From a virus (taxonomy: Duplodnaviria > Caudoviricetes), in IMG/VR virus record IMGVR_UViG_3300043580_000039, positions 1 through 42,065 of that record: a stretch of 42,065 nucleotides of DNA; one strand, written 5' to 3'. Positions 9,553 through 17,768 of this stretch are shown piece after piece. The notes below the pieces were generated by a model that made no database searches, had not been told where the DNA came from, and saw only the letters and a program-made list of their open reading frames with translations. Both the position numbers and the translations under genes were made by a program. Numbering within the stretch: position 1 is the stretch's first letter; the number at the start of each line of letters is the position of its first letter.

Positions 9553-9872
9553 TTCGTATGGCCTCCTGCCAATCCTTCTATCAAAGCTACGACATCGTTA
9601 AGAAAATTCTTCTGATCCCTCAACTTGTGCAACAGTTCGCTAACTGTCATCTCCTTGATTAGCTCAGGAAGTTCTGCTTCACCTATTAGTTTTACTGTTG
9701 GTACGACAGCTTCCTTATCCCTCTTCTTATACTCTCTAACAGTCTTATGCCTAGGACCAGTTTTAAAATTATTCGCAAAGCTTTCAGAGTGAACCGCCCA
9801 CTGGTGTTTCCGTAAACTCGACAAACCGTTAAAACCTTTTGACTCCGGGCACTTCTTACAATAAACTCGCAT
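9549..9872 (-). CDS. C2H2 zinc-finger protein
   Basis: YCKKC-x5-F-x5-L-x2-H-x4-H; AGGA RBS. Confidence 0.7.
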   Translation of the reverse strand: MRVYCKKCPESKGFNGLSSLRKHQWAVHSESFANNFKTGPRHKTVREYKKRDKEAVVPTVKLIGEAELPELIKEMTVSELLHKLRDQKNFLNDVVALIEGLAGGHTK

Positions 9873-9920
9873 GTGTGTTTTGTCCTTTTCTTTTTTAGTT
9901 TTAGTTTTAACTGCTGGCTC

Positions 9921-12410
9921 TTAACAACTTGTTGTTTCCAACTTAATTTCCTGCATTGCGTTCTCATCCCATGATTCGCCAACACTAATTTCAGCAGGTA
10001 TTACCAACTCGAAATCTCTTCTAAGAGTACACTTCCTAAAGTCGATAGGATCACTCTCAACATTTTGTTTATAGAGCAATCCAAATTCAAGCGCACGATC
10101 TTTTTTAACCTCACTAAGAGCAGAATCGTGGTTCTCAGAAAGCAAAGCCGCCCACTCGTTAACCCGTGGCTGACTATAAGTTTTTGCGATACCACTAAAT
10201 TTTGTCTGGTCACTAACAATAGTCTGTGGCAGGAAACTAATACCTTCGTTATAAGTACCTTTATCAATCCTATCAAAAAAGTCACGACGCCTGCCATTCG
10301 GTGCAACTAAACAATGACTAGCTAAGTCAATAGCTTTGCGAATTTCCCTATGGAAAACATCTTTAATTGCAGGTTCTTTCAGAGTGATCTTATCTAGAAG
10401 TGTCTTACACTCTTTTACTGGCCGCTGTGTCATCATAGAGAGTCTATCAGGTCCCATGTTTCTCTCATAAGCATGTCGCACAGTTTTAGATAAGTGATAT
10501 CTGTCAATCCCATCCACAAGAACATTCTTAAGAATTTGACTTGGCAGGCAATCAAAAACTAGTGATCCGGTGTATCTATGGATGCCAGGATTATTAAATA
10601 CCCCCATATCAAAATTGCCACTAAGCACCCTATCAACTCTAGCTTCAGCCCCATTAAGATCGCACTCAACAAATATAAAACCTGGACTTGGAACAAACAT
10701 AGAACGCAAGTCTTTTCCATAAGTCTCCCACTCTATCATGAAGCCATGTTTACCAATAGTCTGTAAGCTGTGACCTAAGTTCTTTACTAGTATCTTGCCA
10801 TCTTCAATATAAATAAGTTGATCTGTTGTTTCACCGGCACTTGAACGTCCGTTCTCAGTACCTGTAAGATTAAATTCACACCTGAATCTTTCATCAGGAT
10901 GCAAATGAAGCTCTAAGATCTCTATAACCTTGTGAAGTTTCCGGGCTCCAATAATAGCACTAAGCACAAGTGGCCCACTGCTAGGAGCATGTTCTGCTTC
11001 ACCGTAGACTTTAAGAATATCTAAAGATTCCTCATCAGTACTAGGTTCTCCCTCTTTAGTTGTTTTCATCCCCCGGAGTTTTTTATAACCTAGCTCTGTG
11101 AAAATAACTTCTCGGCACTGTTTGCTACTCAGTGGATTAAAGTAATCTCTATTCAACAGGAAGCGACACTTGAGTTCCTGAATATGAAACAAACTTTCGT
11201 ATCTATCTAGAAGTGAAAGCTGCTTAGTTTTGTCAATACGAATGCCCCTATCTTCCATCTTACGATAAATAGGTAAGCAGAGCATCATGTTATCATAGAC
11301 TTCTTTAACACCTAGCTCAACTAATTCTTTCTTCTGTACTGTGTAGATCTGGTGATCCGCTAGGCTATCTTTAGCATTATATAAATAGTATCTATCACGC
11401 TTTGTCCTATCAGGATCAAAACTCTTACCCTCGTCTTTAAAATAGGGAAGCTCAGTATAAATAGAAGTGAGGAATCCTAGATTCTTGGGGAATTCGCAAT
11501 ACAGGGCACTTGAGGCCAGCATAGTATCGCCAACCACGTTATTAACTTTAAAACCCCACCTCTCCATGAGTTTCCAGTCATACTTAATATTTTGGTTAAC
11601 TTTAGGAATATCACTAGCTAGCATACGTGAAACTAGATCCATCATAAGAACTCTATGATCGTGATCTATACTAGAATCTACAAGAGGAACACAAACAGAT
11701 TCAAATCCGTCAAAGCAAAAGCTTATGCAGATAGGAATCTGAAAGTAAGTCTCAATATCGAATACAAGAAAACCCTTATCTTCTTTACACTTCTTGAAAG
11801 CTCTATCAAAGAAAGCTCTAAGAGCACCTGAGTTTCTAGCTACCCATATGTTATATTTTTTATCAGGGATAGGATCGTTATTAAGATATCTGCGGATCTT
11901 ACCAAAGTCAATTCGACTAATAACACGTAATCTGTACTCTTGGTTAAGATACGGATATGGTCCTAAAATTGGTAGGACTTTAAGATTTTCCTGGGTAAGT
12001 GAAAATTGACCGGCGGGAGGTAAAACAGAACCTCTGAACTTTCTAATGCTGTTCAGGTTTGTGAGGAAGTTGAAACTTTGCTCTCCCAAGGGAATCAAGA
12101 GATTCGGCTTTAAGTCATTAATCTCTTCAATTAAGATTGGCCCATACTTATCTAGCAGAGGTTGAAAGTGCAAATCCTCTTTAGTTTTATCAGCTTTCTT
12201 GAGTTTCTTCTCTGAGATAGCAGGCACTTGCTCTTTAATAAGACAAGAGCGCCAAAAGTCATCCAGATTTAGATTCTGCTCTTTACAAAAGTCTCTAAGC
12301 AGATCGCCACTATGACCCACTAAAGCATAGCCTGTATCCATATCTTTGCCATGCGGGGCATCTGCAATAAAGAAAGCTTGAGGATTCGAATTACCGTGGC
12401 TTTTTATCAT
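9921..12410 (-). CDS. polA: Family A DNA polymerase with N-terminal uracil-DNA-glycosylase-like domain and 3'-5' exonuclease
   Basis: UDG4-like GN..P.AFFIADAP...G.ALVG.SG.LL; Exo motifs FDIET, NQNIKYD, YNAKD; TENGRSS; motif A DLNGAEAR; motif B R...K...H; motif C HDS. Confidence 0.9.
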   Translation of the reverse strand: MIKSHGNSNPQAFFIADAPHGKDMDTGYALVGHSGDLLRDFCKEQNLNLDDFWRSCLIKEQVPAISEKKLKKADKTKEDLHFQPLLDKYGPILIEEINDLKPNLLIPLGEQSFNFLTNLNSIRKFRGSVLPPAGQFSLTQENLKVLPILGPYPYLNQEYRLRVISRIDFGKIRRYLNNDPIPDKKYNIWVARNSGALRAFFDRAFKKCKEDKGFLVFDIETYFQIPICISFCFDGFESVCVPLVDSSIDHDHRVLMMDLVSRMLASDIPKVNQNIKYDWKLMERWGFKVNNVVGDTMLASSALYCEFPKNLGFLTSIYTELPYFKDEGKSFDPDRTKRDRYYLYNAKDSLADHQIYTVQKKELVELGVKEVYDNMMLCLPIYRKMEDRGIRIDKTKQLSLLDRYESLFHIQELKCRFLLNRDYFNPLSSKQCREVIFTELGYKKLRGMKTTKEGEPSTDEESLDILKVYGEAEHAPSSGPLVLSAIIGARKLHKVIEILELHLHPDERFRCEFNLTGTENGRSSAGETTDQLIYIEDGKILVKNLGHSLQTIGKHGFMIEWETYGKDLRSMFVPSPGFIFVECDLNGAEARVDRVLSGNFDMGVFNNPGIHRYTGSLVFDCLPSQILKNVLVDGIDRYHLSKTVRHAYERNMGPDRLSMMTQRPVKECKTLLDKITLKEPAIKDVFHREIRKAIDLASHCLVAPNGRRRDFFDRIDKGTYNEGISFLPQTIVSDQTKFSGIAKTYSQPRVNEWAALLSENHDSALSEVKKDRALEFGLLYKQNVESDPIDFRKCTLRRDFELVIPAEISVGESWDENAMQEIKLETTSC

Positions 12411-12416
12411 GAGTTT

Positions 12417-12581
12417 TTATTTATTCTTATCTTCTAGTATAGTGATTCTCTCTTCAAGCGCTGTGAATATATCTTCGATGTCGTTTTGGAGATCGTAGAG
12501 AGTCCACGGCTTTTCATCACCAGTCCCGTTGTATAGTTTCGCCATTTCTCGCAGCTTGGTGATAATCTCTGCATCGCTCAT
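12417..12581 (-). CDS. 54-aa hypothetical protein (not in ORF track)
   Basis: MSDAEIITKLREMAK...LEERITILEDKNK; ATGA overlap with the upstream stop; fills the gap exactly. Confidence 0.7.
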   Translation of the reverse strand: MSDAEIITKLREMAKLYNGTGDEKPWTLYDLQNDIEDIFTALEERITILEDKNK

Positions 12582-12793
12582 TTATTCTTACTCCTATCTT
12601 CGAGAATTGCAATCCGCCCCTCGTGGGATATCATATAACCTAGTAACATATCAGTTTTCACTACAAGAGAATCAATCTTATCCTCCATAGCACTTAGCTT
12701 AGCTTCCAGATATTTTATCAGGATAGTTAAGAAAATTGCTGCTGTAGGAATTATAACACCTGTAAGTGCAAAGAACAGTTGTGTAGTTGTCAT
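12578..12793 (-). CDS. Small membrane-anchored coiled-coil protein
   Basis: N-terminal TM helix (LFFALTGVIIPTAAIFLTILI), then a coiled coil. Confidence 0.7.
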   Translation of the reverse strand: MTTTQLFFALTGVIIPTAAIFLTILIKYLEAKLSAMEDKIDSLVVKTDMLLGYMISHEGRIAILEDRSKNK

Positions 12794-12795
12794 CT

Positions 12796-13098
12796 TTAAC
12801 TATCCTTTTTCTTATTCTTCTTAGCGAAATCTAAAACAGTCTCACGTTGGTCAAAATAACGACCCTCTTGCCTAGCAATAAATTCTTTCATAGCGGCTAT
12901 CATATCTTCTCTAACAACATTAGCAATATAATTCATACGCATACTTTCACCACCTGTTAGCCCGAACATCATAAGACAAAAGCCATACTTATGTTCAGAA
13001 CCTGCGGTAGTTTTCTTAAGGACATCAGCTATAATATGCCCTATATCATTCATAATTTCTTGAAGGATTGGCTCTAGCGGCTGTTCTTGTTCAGGCAT
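12796..13098 (-). CDS. Hypothetical protein
   Basis: ORF; likely start MPEQ at 13098; GF.L..F...MNYIAN..REDM pattern. Confidence 0.6.
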   Translation of the reverse strand: MPEQEQPLEPILQEIMNDIGHIIADVLKKTTAGSEHKYGFCLMMFGLTGGESMRMNYIANVVREDMIAAMKEFIARQEGRYFDQRETVLDFAKKNKKKDS

Positions 13099-13294
13099 TC
13101 GGAGGCTCCAATACAATTATCTTAATTGCTTTAATTTTATTAAGAGCTACCTCAAGCTCAGTGTTTCTAGCCTCTAGCTCTTTAATATAAGTTTCAATCT
13201 TAGGGAAATGTATCCCCATAGCATCTTGCATACCAGTTAAATCTCTATAAGACTGCAATACTTTCCAAATAGCATCAAGATTCTTTGTGACCAT
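13091..13294 (-). CDS. Small coiled-coil hypothetical protein
   Basis: ATG 13294 with GAGG RBS. Confidence 0.55.
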   Translation of the reverse strand: MVTKNLDAIWKVLQSYRDLTGMQDAMGIHFPKIETYIKELEARNTELEVALNKIKAIKIIVLEPPNA

Positions 13295-13315
13295 AAGTTT
13301 TTCCTCAACAATCAA

Positions 13316-13466
13316 AAAGTGAAGCGCGTCGGTAGCTCTGCCAGACTATCCACTCAACTTGTACAAAGTTCATGGACTAGGGGACTTCTAGGTTCTCAAC
13401 TAGATGGACAAACTAATCGAGACTCCATGATTCCGATACTGTTTATTTATTCGCGCGCTACACTTT
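13316..13466 (-). ncRNA. Candidate structured intergenic RNA
   Basis: Nested complementary segments: AAAGTG.AGCGCG/CGCGCT.CACTTT, TCGG/CCGA, TCATGGA/TCCATGA, plus three internal hairpins. Confidence 0.5.
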
Positions 13467-13490
13467 AAAATTTACTGCTATAGACTAAGA

Positions 13491-13928
13491 TTAAAAAGCA
13501 GGTGCTGTTGCTCCGTAGCCTTTCGGATGGAAACTGTTAACAACATTTATCAAATGTCCATCAACAGTCTGAACTCCCCATGCTGCATCGAAAGGCTGGT
13601 TTACCAATTCATCGGTATCCAGCGCAAAATCTTCTGCTTTAACTTCCCGCCCGGAAATAGCAGAATGTACAGTTAACAAATAAGCCTGCGGGAAGAATTG
13701 CATATCTCCCAACAAGCTAACATTGTTCGACTCCGAATTAAAAATAACAGTTCGGGTTTTCCCTTTGTACTCACCCTCTGTAATTGTGAAATCTACAAAG
13801 TAGTGAACTGATTTACCACTAGTAGATTTCGTGGGTCCGGTAAGACTTGAAATCTCAGTAGGGTAAATATTTGCCGGGACCACAGTGGTCTGCAAAGCAT
13901 CTGCTGCGTTAAAGTGAATTACGGCCAT
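13491..13928 (-). CDS. Single-stranded DNA-binding protein (DUF669-like)
   Basis: VP...Y...I.......S.SGK....V.F.I.EGEYKG; aromatic C-terminus (APAF); follows the AAA ATPase. Confidence 0.6.
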   Translation of the reverse strand: MAVIHFNAADALQTTVVPANIYPTEISSLTGPTKSTSGKSVHYFVDFTITEGEYKGKTRTVIFNSESNNVSLLGDMQFFPQAYLLTVHSAISGREVKAEDFALDTDELVNQPFDAAWGVQTVDGHLINVVNSFHPKGYGATAPAF

Positions 13929-13962
13929 TTTGTTTGTCCTTTTCTTTCTGTCTCAAGACTTA

Positions 13963-14814
13963 TTATTTACTAGTAGCAATATCATTAACATTACTAGAAA
14001 CCTTGTTCGCTAATGCTAGTGTAAACTCACGAAAATCTTTGCCTGTGATATCATAGTATCCAGGTTTGAATCCAGGGAAACTTGTACAGGCGAGATCACT
14101 TATATATTCCACGTAAAACTTTTCCTGCCCATTCTCAACTTCCCGATCAAAGCGAAATATGTGATCGAAGTAGATAGACATGTTAGCACTGATTTTATCT
14201 CTCAGGCTTAACTTCTCACCTACTTTAATACTATCCGCATAAGCATCTTTATAAGTCTTATTATTAACTGTAACCATAGGCTTATCAAACTTATCAATAA
14301 CATGGGCCGTCATAATAACATTAATAGGGAGGCTTCGCAAAAAGCTTAGATAGCTGTCCATGCCGGTAGATTCAAATCCATAATCTTCAGGACCTGCCAT
14401 ATTAACAGTTCCAAGCCTCTTACCTTTATTCTCCGCATGTGTTAGCGGAATAGCATCCAAGATAAGATTCTTGCAAAAAGCTGTAGCACTATCAGATATA
14501 TAAGTTTCATAGGGTGATTTTCCTGTACCTATTAAAGTCATCAAGGCATCAAGATCATCATTCACCCGCTGAAAAAAAGTGCTAGTGTTACCAGCTATCT
14601 TAGGTGGGAAATAATCATAATCAATACGAGTTTTATCTATCCAGGGGGCTCCAAGAATACCACGAATACGGCCATCCCCATCTAAAACTTTAGCTCTTTT
14701 CTTAGGATCTTTACTTAACCAAGAGCAAGCTGCTACAGTTTTCCCACTGTGCTTTGGTCCTACAAAAAGAGCCATAAAGCGGCTTTCCGGTGTTAGATTA
14801 CTTGCTGTCGGCAT
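13963..14814 (-). CDS. AAA_24/Sak4-like ATPase (recombination/annealing)
   Basis: Walker A GPKHSGKT, Walker B-like ISDS, NVIMTAHV, YFD. Confidence 0.75.
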   Translation of the reverse strand: MPTASNLTPESRFMALFVGPKHSGKTVAACSWLSKDPKKRAKVLDGDGRIRGILGAPWIDKTRIDYDYFPPKIAGNTSTFFQRVNDDLDALMTLIGTGKSPYETYISDSATAFCKNLILDAIPLTHAENKGKRLGTVNMAGPEDYGFESTGMDSYLSFLRSLPINVIMTAHVIDKFDKPMVTVNNKTYKDAYADSIKVGEKLSLRDKISANMSIYFDHIFRFDREVENGQEKFYVEYISDLACTSFPGFKPGYYDITGKDFREFTLALANKVSSNVNDIATSK

Positions 14815-14820
14815 CTTAAG

Positions 14821-14976
14821 TTATTTTCCCTCACATTGACATTCTACATCCTCAAGACTTGCAAAATTATTTGCCGGTTCTGTGTAGAAGTTATAGCTAT
14901 GTCTAGCTAGTAAAGATTCGAGATCTTCTAGAGCCTGTTCTCTATTAGTCAAGTCGAAGGCAATTTCGATTATCAT
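14821..14976 (-). CDS. 51-aa hypothetical protein (not in ORF track)
   Basis: MIIEIAFDLTNREQALEDLE...CQCEGK; ATGA overlap with the upstream gene. Confidence 0.6.
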   Translation of the reverse strand: MIIEIAFDLTNREQALEDLESLLARHSYNFYTEPANNFASLEDVECQCEGK

Positions 14977-15308
14977 TTTGTTTTCTCTTTAATTTCCTTT
15001 TCTAACCACTCTATAGCTTTCTTATGTTGAGCTTCAGCTTCAAGCCATGTTGAGCAACGTTCCTGATACATATGTATATCATTAAGACCAAAAATCATAG
15101 TCTCAAAAAGTTGTGGCTCATGATTAAGAAGATAAGCACTAAAATCAATCCCTAAAAATATTGTAGATACCCTATAATTATTGTTATCAATAAAATCTGA
15201 ACCAACTCTACAGTTATTTTCAAAATCATCCATGAAAACAGCCCACTTAAGAGTATCAGGTTCTGGTATAGGAGTTTGACCTATTAAAATGTAAAGTCCT
15301 CTAGCCAT
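14973..15308 (-). CDS. Conserved phage hypothetical protein
   Basis: VSTIFLGID...LFETMIFG...R.STW.EA.A.H is a pattern I recognise from other phages; GGAGG RBS. Confidence 0.7.
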   Translation of the reverse strand: MARGLYILIGQTPIPEPDTLKWAVFMDDFENNCRVGSDFIDNNNYRVSTIFLGIDFSAYLLNHEPQLFETMIFGLNDIHMYQERCSTWLEAEAQHKKAIEWLEKEIKEKTK

Positions 15309-15332
15309 AGTTAAGATCCTCCATATAGCTTC

Positions 15333-15557
15333 TCAGGAACCTGTAACTTTAGGAAACCGCACCTCCGGCAAATCCCGCGCCCATTGAATAAGTTCTTGTG
15401 GCTTTCTTTCGGCTGCGGGTCTGCCAGTTATTTCCTCATAGATTATAGCTAGTGAAAAGCCTAATCCCATGAAGAAAGACATATCGAGGTGCTGTTCTGC
15501 TATTTCTAGCATATAAGTTGAAACACGCTTGGCGATTCTTATATCTGTGGAAGTCAC
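15333..15557 (-). CDS. Hypothetical protein
   Basis: ORF in operon, AAGGA RBS. Confidence 0.55.
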   Translation of the reverse strand: MTSTDIRIAKRVSTYMLEIAEQHLDMSFFMGLGFSLAIIYEEITGRPAAERKPQELIQWARDLPEVRFPKVTGS

Positions 15558-15574
15558 TTCTTTATCCTTTCATT

Positions 15575-16045
15575 TTATTTTCTCCACCTGTCCCCAAATT
15601 CTTCCTGTTGGTCATCAAACTCTTCTTCTTCATCTAAAATCTCTTCTTCTTCTTCTTCTTCTTCTAAGTCTGAAGAGTCAAGCTCAAGTTCTTCCGGACT
15701 CAAGTTAACAGATTTTTCAGTAGAAGGAAAGAGAACACCCTGATCAGTTTTTAAAGCTAAATTCAGCGGATCAAAATGTTCAGTCCCCAAGTATTTAGTT
15801 AACTCTTGTGCTTTCTGGTGAAGTTTAGCTTTCTTCGTATCAGAGCAATTCAGACACTTTGGTTTAGCACGTCTGAGATCCTCCCTACTTAAAATCATTT
15901 CCGCACCACAGGAATTGCACAAGCTTAATTTGCCTAATAGTACTTCTTTATCAATATGATGTGTGCAATTAGGCGCGGCACACCTGTACCAATTAGGTCT
16001 AGCTTTATATCTTATATAAGTGTGAACATGCTTTATCGCCGGCAT
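15575..16045 (-). CDS. Zn-binding protein with acidic tail
   Basis: CxxxxC, CxxC, CxxC; E/D-rich C-terminus; GGGAG RBS. Confidence 0.65.
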   Translation of the reverse strand: MPAIKHVHTYIRYKARPNWYRCAAPNCTHHIDKEVLLGKLSLCNSCGAEMILSREDLRRAKPKCLNCSDTKKAKLHQKAQELTKYLGTEHFDPLNLALKTDQGVLFPSTEKSVNLSPEELELDSSDLEEEEEEEEILDEEEEFDDQQEEFGDRWRK

Positions 16046-16066
16046 TTGAGTCTCCCTTGTCTAAAA

Positions 16067-16273
16067 TTACATTATTTCAGCTAACGCATATAGCCTAGTA
16101 GCAATAGCCGATAGAGAATTAAAACTTCTACTGCACTTGTGACTATCTAAATCATGCAGTGCTATTGCATCAATTGCAGCAGCTAGTTGTGCTAAATTTG
16201 CAGTTTGTGTATCTATAGATATACTAATATCATCATCTTTAGTAAAATCGAAAACATCTTTGTGTCCAGGCAT
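16067..16273 (-). CDS. Hypothetical protein
   Basis: ORF with AAGGAG RBS. Confidence 0.55.
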   Translation of the reverse strand: MPGHKDVFDFTKDDDISISIDTQTANLAQLAAAIDAIALHDLDSHKCSRSFNSLSAIATRLYALAEIM

Positions 16274-16301
16274 AAGAGTCTCCTTTTAGCTTACTGCAAG
16301 A

Positions 16302-17279
16302 CTACCAGGGCCTCCAAACATTTTCCTTGATCTTGAATAACTGTTTCTCTTTACCTTCAGCAACTCTTGGATCGATCTCTTCGCAGAGTGTTGTGTAATA
16401 ACAATACTGCGGTTTATCTTTCTCATAAGTCAAGCGAGCACCAGAACATGCTCCCCAATTTCTTTCGATCTCCTGTTTATTCTGACTGGCCTGGAGAACC
16501 TTCTTCATTCTCTGAAAGATAGCAATTAGCCTTTTGTGCCAGGCCGCTAACTCTACACTGTTAAAAGTAATAATATCTCGGGTTAGAGAATCCGGTTGGA
16601 TTTTTTGTTGCAGTCTCACGTAATTCGTCACGCCCATCGACAATTTCGTAATTAGTGAGTAGTTTTTGAATTGGATACTTCGAGGATAAAGCCAGTGGGT
16701 CTTTGTTTGAAACTTGTGATCCATGAAACATTCAAGTCCCTGAAGCTTCCCGATGATATCTATGCGACCTTCGAGAACAAACAGATTCTCCGAATCTTCG
16801 AATATGCTTTCTGAGAATCCTACTTCAACATGTTGTTCACTCAGCGGAATAATATCATTCTGCTGGTAGTTAAAAACATATTCCCGAAAGCGCTTCCGAA
16901 CTTGAGAGCGTACTAGATTACTAAGATTAAAAGGATGCGCACGATACTTTGTGCATTTCTTGCAACGTTTGCACTCTTCGATGTTAAGAACCTGCACTAA
17001 GCAGTGGAATTCTTTTGAACATCCACATTCGCAGATATCCTCATCAGGATTATATGCAAAGCAAGCTTCCAGTGCATCGTTAAGTCCTACCCCCCGAAAC
17101 TTGAGTCTGTAGAATATGTCAAGTAACTTATGACCGTAGGTTCCGGCGTTCATTGCCTCATCTTGCAGATTGAAATATGCCGGTTCCAATCTTTTAATAT
17201 AATAGTTTAACCAACGTTGCGGACACTCAAGAAACATGGAAATCTGCGAACTATCTTGGACTAGAGTAAATTTGCTCAT
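16302..17279 (-). CDS. PD-(D/E)XK Cas4/RecB-like exonuclease
   Basis: S.I..F.ECP, GT..H, EGRID...DHK, Q...Y, C-terminal C...C....C. Confidence 0.8.
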   Translation of the reverse strand: MSKFTLVQDSSQISMFLECPQRWLNYYIKRLEPAYFNLQDEAMNAGTYGHKLLDIFYRLKFRGVGLNDALEACFAYNPDEDICECGCSKEFHCLVQVLNIEECKRCKKCTKYRAHPFNLSNLVRSQVRKRFREYVFNYQQNDIIPLSEQHVEVGFSESIFEDSENLFVLEGRIDIIGKLQGLECFMDHKFQTKTHWLYPRSIQFKNYSLITKLSMGVTNYVRLQQKIQPDSLTRDIITFNSVELAAWHKRLIAIFQRMKKVLQASQNKQEIERNWGACSGARLTYEKDKPQYCYYTTLCEEIDPRVAEGKEKQLFKIKENVWRPW

Positions 17280-17472
17280 GTGGTCTGTTTTTTCCTTTGT
17301 GTGTGTATGTTATTTTTGTTTTTACTACTTTTACTAAAAGTCACTTTGCCGTGTCATACAAGTGTAACACGTTTTGAGCACGTTCTAGGGCCTGTGCGCG
17401 GCAGGGTAGGGAAGGTACCTAACCCGTGCGATTGATTCAACCTACGAGCCCGTATCGTCATTGCAAGGCATC

Positions 17473-17751
17473 CTACGAGTGACCCTCCGGGCTGGGCTCT
17501 GAGGACTCTGCTTTCGCCTTTTCTTCATTTGGCAAATCGATTTTACTCTTTTCTAACTTACGATTTATATTATCCCGTAGCCATTTAGAAATATGAACTA
17601 AAGCATATTCCACCGGAAGCTCTGTCAGCAAACAAGTCACATACTTAGTGCCGCCGATAGTATCCCGCACATAAACTTGATCTGCATGTTGCTCAATTCT
17701 ATTTACAAGATCCAAGAGATCCTGCAAGTCTGCTTTGTGTTGTTTGGTCAT
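17473..17751 (-). CDS. Hypothetical protein
   Basis: ORF downstream of the helicase. Confidence 0.55.
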   Translation of the reverse strand: MTKQHKADLQDLLDLVNRIEQHADQVYVRDTIGGTKYVTCLLTELPVEYALVHISKWLRDNINRKLEKSKIDLPNEEKAKAESSEPSPEGHS

Positions 17752-17768
17752 TCTGATTCTTTACCTAC

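Noticed and set aside
16302-17279. CRISPR-Cas association of the Cas4-like gene
   Set aside because: No repeat-spacer array or other cas genes; this nuclease family is common in phage replication modules
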